This document shows, in pieces, positions 51,125 to 60,172 of a stretch of DNA of 64,000 nt. The translations under genes and the position numbers were made by a program. The notes below the pieces were generated by a model, which was not told the origin of the DNA, searched no databases, and was given only the letters and a program-made list of their open reading frames with translations. The stretch is from a virus (Duplodnaviria > Caudoviricetes). Every line of letters begins with the position of its first letter. Position 1 is the first letter of the stretch. Where the stretch lies: the IMG/VR virus record IMGVR_UViG_3300026549_000895, positions 96,001-160,000 of that record. The stretch is one strand, 5' to 3'.

Positions 51125-51469
51125 ATGTATGAAATTATTGAAAATCCAATTCTCCATGCATGGAGCAAACCAATATATGGTTTGAATAAAATAGGAGAAC
51201 GAGTAAAGGAATTTGTTGATGAAATTCTTTATTCAGATGAGTGCACATGTGAAAAGTTTTCAGTCTTATTCATTCCTGGATATAACAAAGTGAATATCTT
51301 CAAAGATAATATCAATGGGATAAAAGACGAGGAAATGCCAATAACATGTTCATTCATAGAATACAATGATCACATAGGTCAACTTATAATTTCAATACCG
51401 ATATCGACGAAGCCAAGCCTTGCAAAAGAAATCGGTAATAAAATAAAGAAAGCTTTCAAAGGAGAATAA
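51125..51469 (+). CDS. Hypothetical protein
   Basis: 114 aa ORF with AAGGAGG RBS. Confidence 0.7.
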   Translation: MYEIIENPILHAWSKPIYGLNKIGERVKEFVDEILYSDECTCEKFSVLFIPGYNKVNIFKDNINGIKDEEMPITCSFIEYNDHIGQLIISIPISTKPSLAKEIGNKIKKAFKGE

Positions 51470-51476
51470 AAAGAAA

Positions 51477-51728
51477 ATGAGCAGAGATTTAAATTATGCA
51501 GTTTTTGTATGCTATGATGACATATCTTCAAACATTATTAACGAAGCGAACCCAGTCATCTATAATCCAATACTTGATGAAGCAGAAAAAAGAACACAAC
51601 TTCATGACAAAGTTAAAGATTGCTTCAATGTTGAACTCACAACAGAGCAGCTTGATTCTTTGTGTTCAAAAGACAAATATCATATTGAAGAATTTGTCGA
51701 AGAATTAAAATCGTACATTTATAAGTAA
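51477..51728 (+). CDS. Hypothetical protein
   Basis: 83 aa ORF with RBS; terminator at 51737-51756. Confidence 0.65.
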   Translation: MSRDLNYAVFVCYDDISSNIINEANPVIYNPILDEAEKRTQLHDKVKDCFNVELTTEQLDSLCSKDKYHIEEFVEELKSYIYK

Positions 51729-51763
51729 AAAGAAAACCCTCCCCATATGGGGAGGGCGTAATC

Positions 51764-52171
51764 TTACTTATTATTTTTCTCGGCTAACGATTTAAACATT
51801 TCTCCGAGGATTTCAAACTCACTGGGAACAACATCAATCTCGTCAAGTTTATGCTGTTCAACATATTCAATGGCTTTTAATGCCGATCCTTCACCGCAGT
51901 CGCGTTCATATAACCTTTCATCGAATGTGTCTCCGGTTATGTTACACTTTATGACATGTCCATCGACATAGTCAAAGTATAAACAGTTTGGACGGTTTTC
52001 GCCTTCTGGATCATACCCTCTTTCTTTTATGAGTTCTTTCGCTCTATCAAGAGTGAACCCCTCTTTTGTCTGAGGAAGTCCAATAAATGATATTCCCTGC
52101 GCATGTGAATTGTGCCAAAGACTATACAAGACTTCAGCTTTATCGAGTCCTTTTATGTTCAACATATTCAT
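51764..52171 (-). CDS. Conserved viral hypothetical protein
   Basis: NIKGLDKAEVL...YFDYVDGHVIK...FDERLYERDCGEG, a motif family recalled from other large viruses. Confidence 0.7.
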   Translation of the reverse strand: MNMLNIKGLDKAEVLYSLWHNSHAQGISFIGLPQTKEGFTLDRAKELIKERGYDPEGENRPNCLYFDYVDGHVIKCNITGDTFDERLYERDCGEGSALKAIEYVEQHKLDEIDVVPSEFEILGEMFKSLAEKNNK

Positions 52172-52509
52172 TCTCCTTTCGCTAATAACACATTCGTGTT
52201 ATCATACGGATTTCCTATGACAACGAAGTCAGTACCATTCAAATTATTCAAATGATGAATGACACGGCTTCTCACGTTGTTGGTATTGAATCTGATGACT
52301 GATACTTTCATGACATATTTTATGATGGCAAGAATCTCATCACAGTCATGAGCTGTATCCTTTTCATCAAGATCAATGACTATCATCTTTTCTCCAATAT
52401 GGAGATTCTTTTTCAAATCCTTCAGATATTGAAGATACATGAGTTTTGAATCATACAGAACATCGTCAGCTTTTATAGAATTCAATAACTTCTGGACTTT
52501 TACTTTCAT
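52168..52509 (-). CDS. Hypothetical protein
   Basis: 113 aa ORF with ATGA overlaps. Confidence 0.65.
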   Translation of the reverse strand: MKVKVQKLLNSIKADDVLYDSKLMYLQYLKDLKKNLHIGEKMIVIDLDEKDTAHDCDEILAIIKYVMKVSVIRFNTNNVRSRVIHHLNNLNGTDFVVIGNPYDNTNVLLAKGE

Positions 52510-54467
52510 ACAGGCCGTACCTCCACAGCATCGCGTAAGAAATTATAATAAAATCTGTCCCAGAGATCTTTTGAAATCTTTTTCGGTGTTGATCTGAAAT
52601 CAAATTTGTAAAGTACTGCTTCTTGCGGAGCTTGTCTAACTTCAAGAGCAGTAGATAATTCCGCTTTGACATTGAATTCAGAATCCGAATTTTCTGAGGA
52701 TAAACGATCTATATTCAGTTTACACTGAACACCATGAATATCTATACCAGTTATTTCAAAATGTTCATCAGATTTATTGTTATAATATTCTCTGAATACT
52801 GTGATAGAGACTTTGTCCTTATTGAAGATATGCCAATCCTTCATATCATTTGGATTGAAAACAATGCCGAAATTATTGGTATGGATATTTCCCATTAAGA
52901 AACACTGGAACTTCATATCCGGATCAGGATGTGATAAATCGATTACAGTATCAACCAACATTGCATTGATTAATTTGTTTATATCCTGATCACAATCTTT
53001 GCTCATTTTTCTCTGAAGATCTTTCAGACCATTACTGATTTTAGACCAATCAGGGTTCTTCATTTCATCACAATTCTCACGAGTATCCTTATCCTGATGC
53101 TTCTTGACATACATTGCACCGATGAAATTCCAGATAGCAGCTATCTGATGAGGTTCATCTGTTTGTCCATCAAGAAGCTGCTGAAGATGTCTCAGACCTG
53201 AGTCTCTGAAAGAACCACCACGTTCACCCTTTGTTTCGGGTATTCCTTTCTTCCAGTTGTCAACACCATACTTCTCAGCTCCCATTTCATAATGAATAGC
53301 AAGGTCTTTCAGCATCTTAACGAATCCCATCATGAATGCATAGAAATTCTGATTATTAGATGTAACGATGTAACAGTATCTGATGATATTGATGATTATC
53401 TCGATATAATTATCATATGTCAGATCGTCAGCATCTGGATAAGCTGACATCAGTACATTGTATATTGAGCAGAATTTATCGTCTTTTCCGATTATGTTAT
53501 CCCAATTCGGTTTAGCGTAGTCGAGTATATCATGAATCTGTTGAGAAGGAATAAGGTCATAACGACCTTTTCCCTTCTTTGTATACCTGATGGCGCCTCC
53601 TTCGAAAGAATCCTTCTCACCATCCATCTTGATATAATTATCTTTATTTTCCATTTCTTTTTCTCCTTCTATCTTGATTTTTTCAGAAGTTTTGTTTGTT
53701 TCAGTTTTAACAACCTCTTGTGGAATCTCTGATATTCCATGATACATATCGGCTGCTGTAAGAGTTTTCAGATTGAATGCATTTTCAAGGGCATTAAATA
53801 ATTTGAGCATTCTATCGTCATCATGCATCATCCATATTATATGATCATTATAAAGCTCAATATATGTTCTGACAACATTTCTACCAGAAGCAATCATCCA
53901 ATGCTCTTGTTCCGTAGAATTAATAAGAGCGATCTTGAGAATACTTCCATCCTTGAGAGCCCATTCATGTACTTTCGTATTATTTTTATCGGGGAAAAAC
54001 TCTCCAAGACAATCACTCATATTTTCATTTATGAATTTTATGAGTTCTTCTTTGGAAATCAGTTTTCTTTCAGAAGTTTCAACGACTTTCGATTCTGCTG
54101 ATTCATCTTTAATTAACTCACTAAGTTCTATGAAAGCATCATATATTAGTGCCTGTAATGATGATGTTGAAACAACTTTACCTCCTTCCCAACTAATACT
54201 CCTGATATTAGGATAAATGATTATAAACACAACATCCGCTGGTCCATAGATTTCCCAAGCGTTAGTATCAGAATTCCATAAAGCACCTATCCTTGCTTTA
54301 CCGCCGAATATATTTTCCCAATAGAATACTCCTGGGGTTGATGCACAAAAATTCCATTCTGATTTATTAATTGATGAAGAATTCATAACTGTTTCTTCTA
54401 ATACTTTGCGTATCTCATCCTCGGTGATACACGGCTTATTCTTTTTCTTCGACATTTTCATTTTCAT
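52506..54467 (-). CDS. Multidomain protein with central dATP/dGTP diphosphohydrolase (DUF5664) domain
   Basis: FEGGAIR...GKGRYDLIP...HYEMGAEKYGVDNWKKGIP...FRDSGLRHL...DEPHQIAAIWN. Confidence 0.8.
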   Translation of the reverse strand: MKMKMSKKKNKPCITEDEIRKVLEETVMNSSSINKSEWNFCASTPGVFYWENIFGGKARIGALWNSDTNAWEIYGPADVVFIIIYPNIRSISWEGGKVVSTSSLQALIYDAFIELSELIKDESAESKVVETSERKLISKEELIKFINENMSDCLGEFFPDKNNTKVHEWALKDGSILKIALINSTEQEHWMIASGRNVVRTYIELYNDHIIWMMHDDDRMLKLFNALENAFNLKTLTAADMYHGISEIPQEVVKTETNKTSEKIKIEGEKEMENKDNYIKMDGEKDSFEGGAIRYTKKGKGRYDLIPSQQIHDILDYAKPNWDNIIGKDDKFCSIYNVLMSAYPDADDLTYDNYIEIIINIIRYCYIVTSNNQNFYAFMMGFVKMLKDLAIHYEMGAEKYGVDNWKKGIPETKGERGGSFRDSGLRHLQQLLDGQTDEPHQIAAIWNFIGAMYVKKHQDKDTRENCDEMKNPDWSKISNGLKDLQRKMSKDCDQDINKLINAMLVDTVIDLSHPDPDMKFQCFLMGNIHTNNFGIVFNPNDMKDWHIFNKDKVSITVFREYYNNKSDEHFEITGIDIHGVQCKLNIDRLSSENSDSEFNVKAELSTALEVRQAPQEAVLYKFDFRSTPKKISKDLWDRFYYNFLRDAVEVRPV

Positions 54468-55170
54468 TTTCCTCCGGAATAGGCGCAGTCAACATTCTGT
54501 GCTGAGCTGCTATAATTACTCCATCCATATATGACAGAGCATTCAATAATAAGATCGATATTTCCTTATCGAAATCATGTTTCGGAAGCCATTCAGAAAT
54601 ATCAACACGAATGTTTTGTTCGTTGAAGAAGTTCATGAGATCATTTCTTACAACATCTGATCTAACTTCACCGCCGAACCAATCAGATGCCATGTCAAGA
54701 ATTCTACCTCTGAAATTCATACATGCGTCAAGATCTTCCATGGATATCTGATCTGTAGTAATATAGTAATTATCCTTATTAAGCATCATAGATCTGTCGT
54801 AGTGGACAGTGTTTGATACTTCAGCTTCCGGAATATCTTCAGCAGATTGCTGCTGATTAGGATCAAGATCTATTGTATGATATTGATCACCAGATGTAGA
54901 GACTGCATCATCTGTATTCGCAAAATTGGTTTCGTCTTCCATATATTTCTTCCTCATAGAAAGCACTTCGTCATATGCTTTCTGGAAAGTCATCTCTTCT
55001 TTCACGATATCAGATATCAACTCATTGTCATCAATCGTAAACTGATCCTGATAATATAGATAGATGTCATCATCTGTTGGATGACGATATATGAGAAATG
55101 GTATACCCGCTGCCAGACCAACACCAAACTGTTTCTCTTCCTTATTTACATTTGACTCATCTAAAATCAT
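54436..55170 (-). CDS. Acidic hypothetical protein
   Basis: 244 aa ORF with RBS. Confidence 0.75.
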   Translation of the reverse strand: MILDESNVNKEEKQFGVGLAAGIPFLIYRHPTDDDIYLYYQDQFTIDDNELISDIVKEEMTFQKAYDEVLSMRKKYMEDETNFANTDDAVSTSGDQYHTIDLDPNQQQSAEDIPEAEVSNTVHYDRSMMLNKDNYYITTDQISMEDLDACMNFRGRILDMASDWFGGEVRSDVVRNDLMNFFNEQNIRVDISEWLPKHDFDKEISILLLNALSYMDGVIIAAQHRMLTAPIPEENENENVEEKE

Positions 55171-55236
55171 TTCTTTTTTCGTCCTTTCGATTTATTATTT
55201 TTCTCCATCTGGTGGAGTTTGACTATCATCGGAGTC

Positions 55237-55464
55237 TCATCCTTCTTGAACAGCGACTCCTTTTTCTTCTTCCTCTGCTGAGACAGATTCTTCAGAATGT
55301 TCTCCACATCGCTCATCTGATTCACCCTCCTTATTAAATTTTTCTCCGTATGCTTTACTCAAAGCTTCGGTAGTTTCAGGATTTCCCCAACCTTTCATCA
55401 GGAATTCCAAATCCTTATTAGTAGTCATCTTCTTAATCTTATCTTTCATGCGATTGTTCTTCAT
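55237..55464 (-). CDS. Hypothetical protein
   Basis: 75 aa ORF with AAAGGAG RBS. Confidence 0.5.
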   Translation of the reverse strand: MKNNRMKDKIKKMTTNKDLEFLMKGWGNPETTEALSKAYGEKFNKEGESDERCGEHSEESVSAEEEEKGVAVQEG

Positions 55465-55541
55465 TTGAATTCTCCTTTAACAAAATCATTAATACAGTAT
55501 TAGTTGCTGTATCATTTTAAAATAATAGGGAGGTAAACAAT

Positions 55542-55868
55542 ATGTTGGAATTCTCAATCGTTTCAATCTCTGCATTTGTTTCCGTTCTGAATGAACTGAC
55601 GAAAACAATTGCAAACAATTGCTTCAAGAAGTCTATTAACAGATACATTCCAATATTCTCATTGGCATATGGTGTCGCACTTGCGATATGCGGCTACTAT
55701 ATTCCTGATACATATTTTGGAAATAATCTGGTTGAAGCAATCTTCATTGGATTGTCTGCAGGTGGAGCTGCAGTTGGTGTCCACCAAACATTCCATCAAC
55801 TTTCGAAACCGTCAGAGAACGGTGATGATGTCATCCTTCCTCCTAACAATGAAGATGACACCAAATAA
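55542..55868 (+). CDS. Holin
   Basis: Three hydrophobic segments; RYIPIFSLAYG...AIFIGLSAGGAAVGVHQTFHQL is a Firmicute-phage holin pattern; acidic tail; terminator at 55888-55909. Confidence 0.8.
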   Translation: MLEFSIVSISAFVSVLNELTKTIANNCFKKSINRYIPIFSLAYGVALAICGYYIPDTYFGNNLVEAIFIGLSAGGAAVGVHQTFHQLSKPSENGDDVILPPNNEDDTK

Positions 55869-56063
55869 AATGAAAAAGTTACTTAAGTCTCCCCCATGTA
55901 CGGGGGAGATTAATGTAACTTATTTCGACATCTTGTCCGATGTCACGGATACAGAATGCATCCGTTATCAAGCCCCTCGCCATTCAACATTGATTGTTGT
56001 GCCAATCGAATATCAAAATACAAGTTAACTTAATAGTGGAATGACATTCTTTTGATTATTGGA

Positions 56064-56468
56064 TTAATCATCATCTACTACTATTGCACGTTTAACAATA
56101 GACAGTAGTTTCTCAGTACTGTATTCCTTGTCCAGTTCAACACATTTGATTCCATACATTTCGGAAATGAACTGTTCAACGATACATCCTCTGGCTGCAC
56201 GCCAGCTATGTCCAAATGCTATAATGTCACACTTTGCAATTCCTTCAGCCAATGATAAGCCGAAGTAATACAAATTCGGATGCCTTAACTGCTTGAGTTC
56301 TACCTCATCTTTCAATTCGTCCATATGAGGATGAAGTATCATTACGTCAATACCAGCTGTCTCAAACAACTGTCTGATTTCTTCGTCTTCCTTTGCCATT
56401 CTTTTAGCGATTTCATCATCATCGAATCCTGACAATGGAAGTGCGTGAAACACTTTTATCGCTCTCAC
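56064..56468 (-). CDS. Nucleoside 2-deoxyribosyltransferase-like (DUF4406-type) protein
   Basis: KVFHALPLSG...CDIIAFGHSWRAARGCIVEQ..SEMYGI. Confidence 0.7.
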   Translation of the reverse strand: MRAIKVFHALPLSGFDDDEIAKRMAKEDEEIRQLFETAGIDVMILHPHMDELKDEVELKQLRHPNLYYFGLSLAEGIAKCDIIAFGHSWRAARGCIVEQFISEMYGIKCVELDKEYSTEKLLSIVKRAIVVDDD

Positions 56469-56479
56469 GATATTCCTCC

Positions 56480-57631
56480 TTAGCGGAAGTAATTCCTTTT
56501 ACCATCACCACAGAATGCTGTGTAGTGCGGGAACTCGTCCTGATGCTGGAAATAGTATTCAACAGAATCAATTACGGACTGAGTTACGTTACACCTGTAA
56601 TAAGGCACGGCGTATGCTGGGTTGTACTGATACGGGGCTGTCAATACATTGTATATTGTACTTGGCTTACCATTCGTCCAACCTCCATCACGAACTCGGT
56701 TCATGACTGTCGCTACCACACAAGCTTTATCGTACAATGAAACCCAATCAGCACCATATTCGGTACCAACGACATTGCACAGATAAATACGTTCCACATC
56801 TGTGATGAAGTTAAGTGAATAATAACCTCCATCATTATTTGTCACTGCAGGTTGTGTTGTTGGTTGTTGCGGTGTAGTATCCACATACTCTGTTGCAATT
56901 TCCATTTCTGGATTGCACTCAGAACAACGCCTGCATTCTAATCCTTCAGTGTCCCCAATTTCATAACATTCTGAATCGAACCATCTGCATGTGCTGCGAT
57001 GTATGTAATGCGTACTTGGTTTATACGCTACATACTCACGTACAGGTTCTGTTGGTTCTTCAACAACTTCATCAACGGTAGTAGCAACTTCGGCAGTTGT
57101 TTCTGCCTCGGTTGTCTTCTCTGTTTCAGTAGTTGTTACTTCAGTAATTGTCGTTGTTGTCATTTCCGTTGTTGTCGTTGACTCAGTCGTCGTTGTTGTG
57201 GTAGCAGTTGTAACCATTGTTGATGTTGACGACGTTGTCTTTGTGGACACTTCGATTGGCGTTGGCATCTCATCATATATCTTATAGAATAATGATTCGA
57301 TTCCAACTAAAGAACCATTCAAACTTGCAGGTTTATATTCCTCCTGTTTTTCAGACTCGGCTGCGACCGAAGATCTGCTTGCAAAATTGAGTAAACTTAC
57401 TGGAGTGAAACCAATTAATGCCGCCATGGTAATAGCACCAATTCTCTTAGATATTGAACGATTCTTTTTGATGTTTGTGAATTTCATTTTAGACCTCTTT
57501 TTCTTTTCCTTAGATTTTTGCTTATGTCCAATTCTGTCAGCGAATTTTATAAGAGATTTGACAGATTTGGTGTCGACAAATTTCTTCAGTAATAGTGAAG
57601 AAGTGTTCGAACGAATCACACGCGTGTTCAT
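56480..57631 (-). CDS. Secreted or anchored SleB/CwlJ-family (Hydrolase_2) cell-wall hydrolase; likely start 57487
   Basis: LCNVVGTEYG...VVATVMNRV...TIYNVLTAPYQY; signal-like segment, Thr-rich linker and HxxxC..CxxC metal-binding module. Confidence 0.8.
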   Translation of the reverse strand: MNTRVIRSNTSSLLLKKFVDTKSVKSLIKFADRIGHKQKSKEKKKRSKMKFTNIKKNRSISKRIGAITMAALIGFTPVSLLNFASRSSVAAESEKQEEYKPASLNGSLVGIESLFYKIYDEMPTPIEVSTKTTSSTSTMVTTATTTTTTESTTTTEMTTTTITEVTTTETEKTTEAETTAEVATTVDEVVEEPTEPVREYVAYKPSTHYIHRSTCRWFDSECYEIGDTEGLECRRCSECNPEMEIATEYVDTTPQQPTTQPAVTNNDGGYYSLNFITDVERIYLCNVVGTEYGADWVSLYDKACVVATVMNRVRDGGWTNGKPSTIYNVLTAPYQYNPAYAVPYYRCNVTQSVIDSVEYYFQHQDEFPHYTAFCGDGKRNYFR

Positions 57632-57750
57632 TAAGGGTATTCCCTTAATGTATTAAATAGTACTATACGTATGAGCAGAATTATAATAAATACATTCTTT
57701 TCTCCTTTCATTTTAATATATTAAATTGAATATATTATCTCCTTCTGCGT

Positions 57751-57765
57751 ATTAAAGATATACAT
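57751..57765 (-). promoter_or_regulatory. Class A promoter ATGTATATCTTTAAT
   Basis: Identical to 29372-29386. Confidence 0.65.
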
Positions 57766-57903
57766 ACATATTGAAATATTTTAATTACCGAACTATAATA
57801 AATGTAGTATATGTTTTCCGCAGCTTAAAATCACATCATCACATCAGAACAAGAAACTATCTACAGTTATTTGAAATATCCTACAAGAAAAGGGGAGTTT
57901 ACA

Positions 57904-58356
57904 ATGTCAACGCCAGAGGCAATTTTCACCATCGCTGGTATCGTGATTGGTAGTGGTGGTATAGGTGCAGTAATCACATCGTTCATTAACCGACGAAAAG
58001 TTGTGTCAGACTCACGATCGACAGACGTGCATGCAAACATTGATCAGTTTCAAGCCATTACTGAGAAATTAAAAATAATGGCTGATGATGCTAACGCACG
58101 TGCCGAGCGTGCTCGACAAATGAATGATGAATTGATGTCAAAAATAAACGATCTGCAAATCAAGCTATCACAACTCACAATGTGGGTTATCGGTGACAAC
58201 ATGCAGTACCGATCAGCTTTGGAAACAGCACTTAAACAACTTAACCCAGATTTCACATTCCCGCAGGTATCAGATCCTCCGATAGAATTAATGAAAGAAT
58301 ATAATTCTCATATTCGTTCATCCAAAGAAAAAGAACAGGAAGCAGAGAATAATTAA
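57904..58356 (+). CDS. Membrane-anchored coiled-coil protein (possibly lysis-associated)
   Basis: N-terminal TM segment AIFTIAGIVIGSGGIGAVITSF then heptads; start reassigned after AAGGGGAG. Confidence 0.7.
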   Translation: MSTPEAIFTIAGIVIGSGGIGAVITSFINRRKVVSDSRSTDVHANIDQFQAITEKLKIMADDANARAERARQMNDELMSKINDLQIKLSQLTMWVIGDNMQYRSALETALKQLNPDFTFPQVSDPPIELMKEYNSHIRSSKEKEQEAENN

Positions 58357-58393
58357 AACATGAATAAGGCGGCTTTAAGCCGCCTTATCTGAA

Positions 58394-58678
58394 TCATGTA
58401 TCGTGTCCCGGTCTACCTGCAGCAACCCAATCATCATATGTCAGAGAACCTCTGTTGTATAAATATGCATTATATACTAAGACATTACTACCGTCATCCG
58501 GATCAACATAACCATCTTTATCAGTATCAGAAAGCACTCGTTGTTGATCGGTGAAGTAATGAGTACTACTCTCACTCGGATGTAGACTTGCCCAAGCAAC
58601 ACATGCGAGAATGATAGAAGCGTCAAATTGACCAGGTCTTCCTGTGAAAGATGGATTAGCCAATAATGGTGTACTCAT
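58394..58678 (-). CDS. Stand-alone Ruminococcus-type dockerin domain protein
   Basis: Ca-loop DTDKDGYVDPDD (Asp at 1, 3, 5, 9, 12), helix GSNVLVYNAYL, first helix DASIILACVA and linker FTDQQRVLS. Own RBS, late motif at 58706-58718, flanking terminators at 58364-58388 and 58725-58749. Confidence 0.75.
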   Translation of the reverse strand: MSTPLLANPSFTGRPGQFDASIILACVAWASLHPSESSTHYFTDQQRVLSDTDKDGYVDPDDGSNVLVYNAYLYNRGSLTYDDWVAAGRPGHDT

Positions 58679-58758
58679 AAGAATACATCTCCTTTCAAAA
58701 TAAAATTACTGATTCGTCATTATATCACAGCCCCATGAAGGGGCTGTGACAAATATGA

Positions 58759-60141
58759 TTATTCAGTAATTAGACCAGCAGAGATAGCAACCCATTCCTT
58801 ATTATCGAAATCGATTGTATTGTCAATGTAATTATACATTGAAACAAGTTCAAACTCTGCAAATATATCCTTGGTGTTTTCTTCGAGATTTAGAATATCA
58901 AGCTCATCACCATCAAAGTCTGCATTTAGTCCAGTAAGAACTTCAAGCGGAATTGATATGGTCGAGTCGTGCATTTTGTATTTACGAATCTTAAAACGAC
59001 CAACCGATTTGATATTGTTAACCGGTTCACGAAGCATCATAGCATATCTACCAGAATGCATAAGTTCATCTACTATCTCAACAACACGAGGATCATACTT
59101 ATGCTGATCTACAGTGAGATATGATTGCTCAAGAGGTTTGTGAAATCTCTTTGCAAATATTGATGTAATTCTGTATATCAGAACATTAACAATTGATGTG
59201 TAAGGAAGATCAATTTCATCAGCTCTAAGTGTGATGTCAGGAATAACAACACCTCTGATTGAGAAGTTGAAAGCACCGCCAACAATTTCAGATCTGATGA
59301 AACCTGTTTTCTTTGATAAAGAATTCTGCTGCAAGAACTCAGCACCTTCAACCCAGTTGGATTCAATCTCATTCAATCCAGAAATAATCTCTTCTTCCAG
59401 TATCATGGAATCGAGTTTATTAGATATCGAAAGCATCTTTGTGAGATACTTATTGATTATTGGATAGAACATTGTTTCCGAAGTCTTTGTAACTGGGCGG
59501 AAAGCTGTTGGATAAACTGGGATCTTGGAAGTGAATATAGCTTCTTTTTCACATCTAAGCATTATATATGCATCAGAATCTTTGTCTGAAATACATTCAT
59601 CAATAATGTCATACCAGTTGTCGTATAAAGCATCAAGTCCAATTCCCTGCAGATGATGTTTAGCTTTTGGAATTTTCTTGATTATTACAGAAAGATCGGA
59701 AGGTGTAGGTCTACCTTGTCTTCTCTTCCTCTTTTCGGAAAGTCCATCATCTTTATCAGAGTACTGCATCTCTGATAAATCATCTTTGTAGTCTCCCATG
59801 ATGAACCTGAGTAAGTTCGCACCAAATATATGACGAACAGAGTTGAAGTATCTTGGTGTGATGACGTGATGATCACCTAAATCAATCCATCCTGTATATT
59901 GGAAATTCAAAGAGTGAAGTGCTATTTCGGTATTGCATAATGGACAAGTGTGTCCTACTAATTCTTGTCCTATGAAAGCACCGCATTCACAACGATATTC
60001 ATTGTCATTGAACTTTTGATTGTTGATAAGATCATCCAAAGATACTGGTGAGAATTCATCTTCTGATTTAATAACAAAGCCATTGTGTTCTGCTATATCA
60101 GTAAGATATTCATTGTATAAATTAGCCTTTACGAGTTTCAT
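58759..60141 (-). CDS. Phage non-virion RNA polymerase beta' subunit, N-terminal half
   Basis: Zinc site CECG...CPLC; KTGFIRSEIVG..FSIRGVV; REP; catalytic NADFDGD. Confidence 0.93.
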   Translation of the reverse strand: MKLVKANLYNEYLTDIAEHNGFVIKSEDEFSPVSLDDLINNQKFNDNEYRCECGAFIGQELVGHTCPLCNTEIALHSLNFQYTGWIDLGDHHVITPRYFNSVRHIFGANLLRFIMGDYKDDLSEMQYSDKDDGLSEKRKRRQGRPTPSDLSVIIKKIPKAKHHLQGIGLDALYDNWYDIIDECISDKDSDAYIMLRCEKEAIFTSKIPVYPTAFRPVTKTSETMFYPIINKYLTKMLSISNKLDSMILEEEIISGLNEIESNWVEGAEFLQQNSLSKKTGFIRSEIVGGAFNFSIRGVVIPDITLRADEIDLPYTSIVNVLIYRITSIFAKRFHKPLEQSYLTVDQHKYDPRVVEIVDELMHSGRYAMMLREPVNNIKSVGRFKIRKYKMHDSTISIPLEVLTGLNADFDGDELDILNLEENTKDIFAEFELVSMYNYIDNTIDFDNKEWVAISAGLITE

Positions 60142-60172
60142 TGTTCATATCCTCCTTTAATGACAATTCCTA

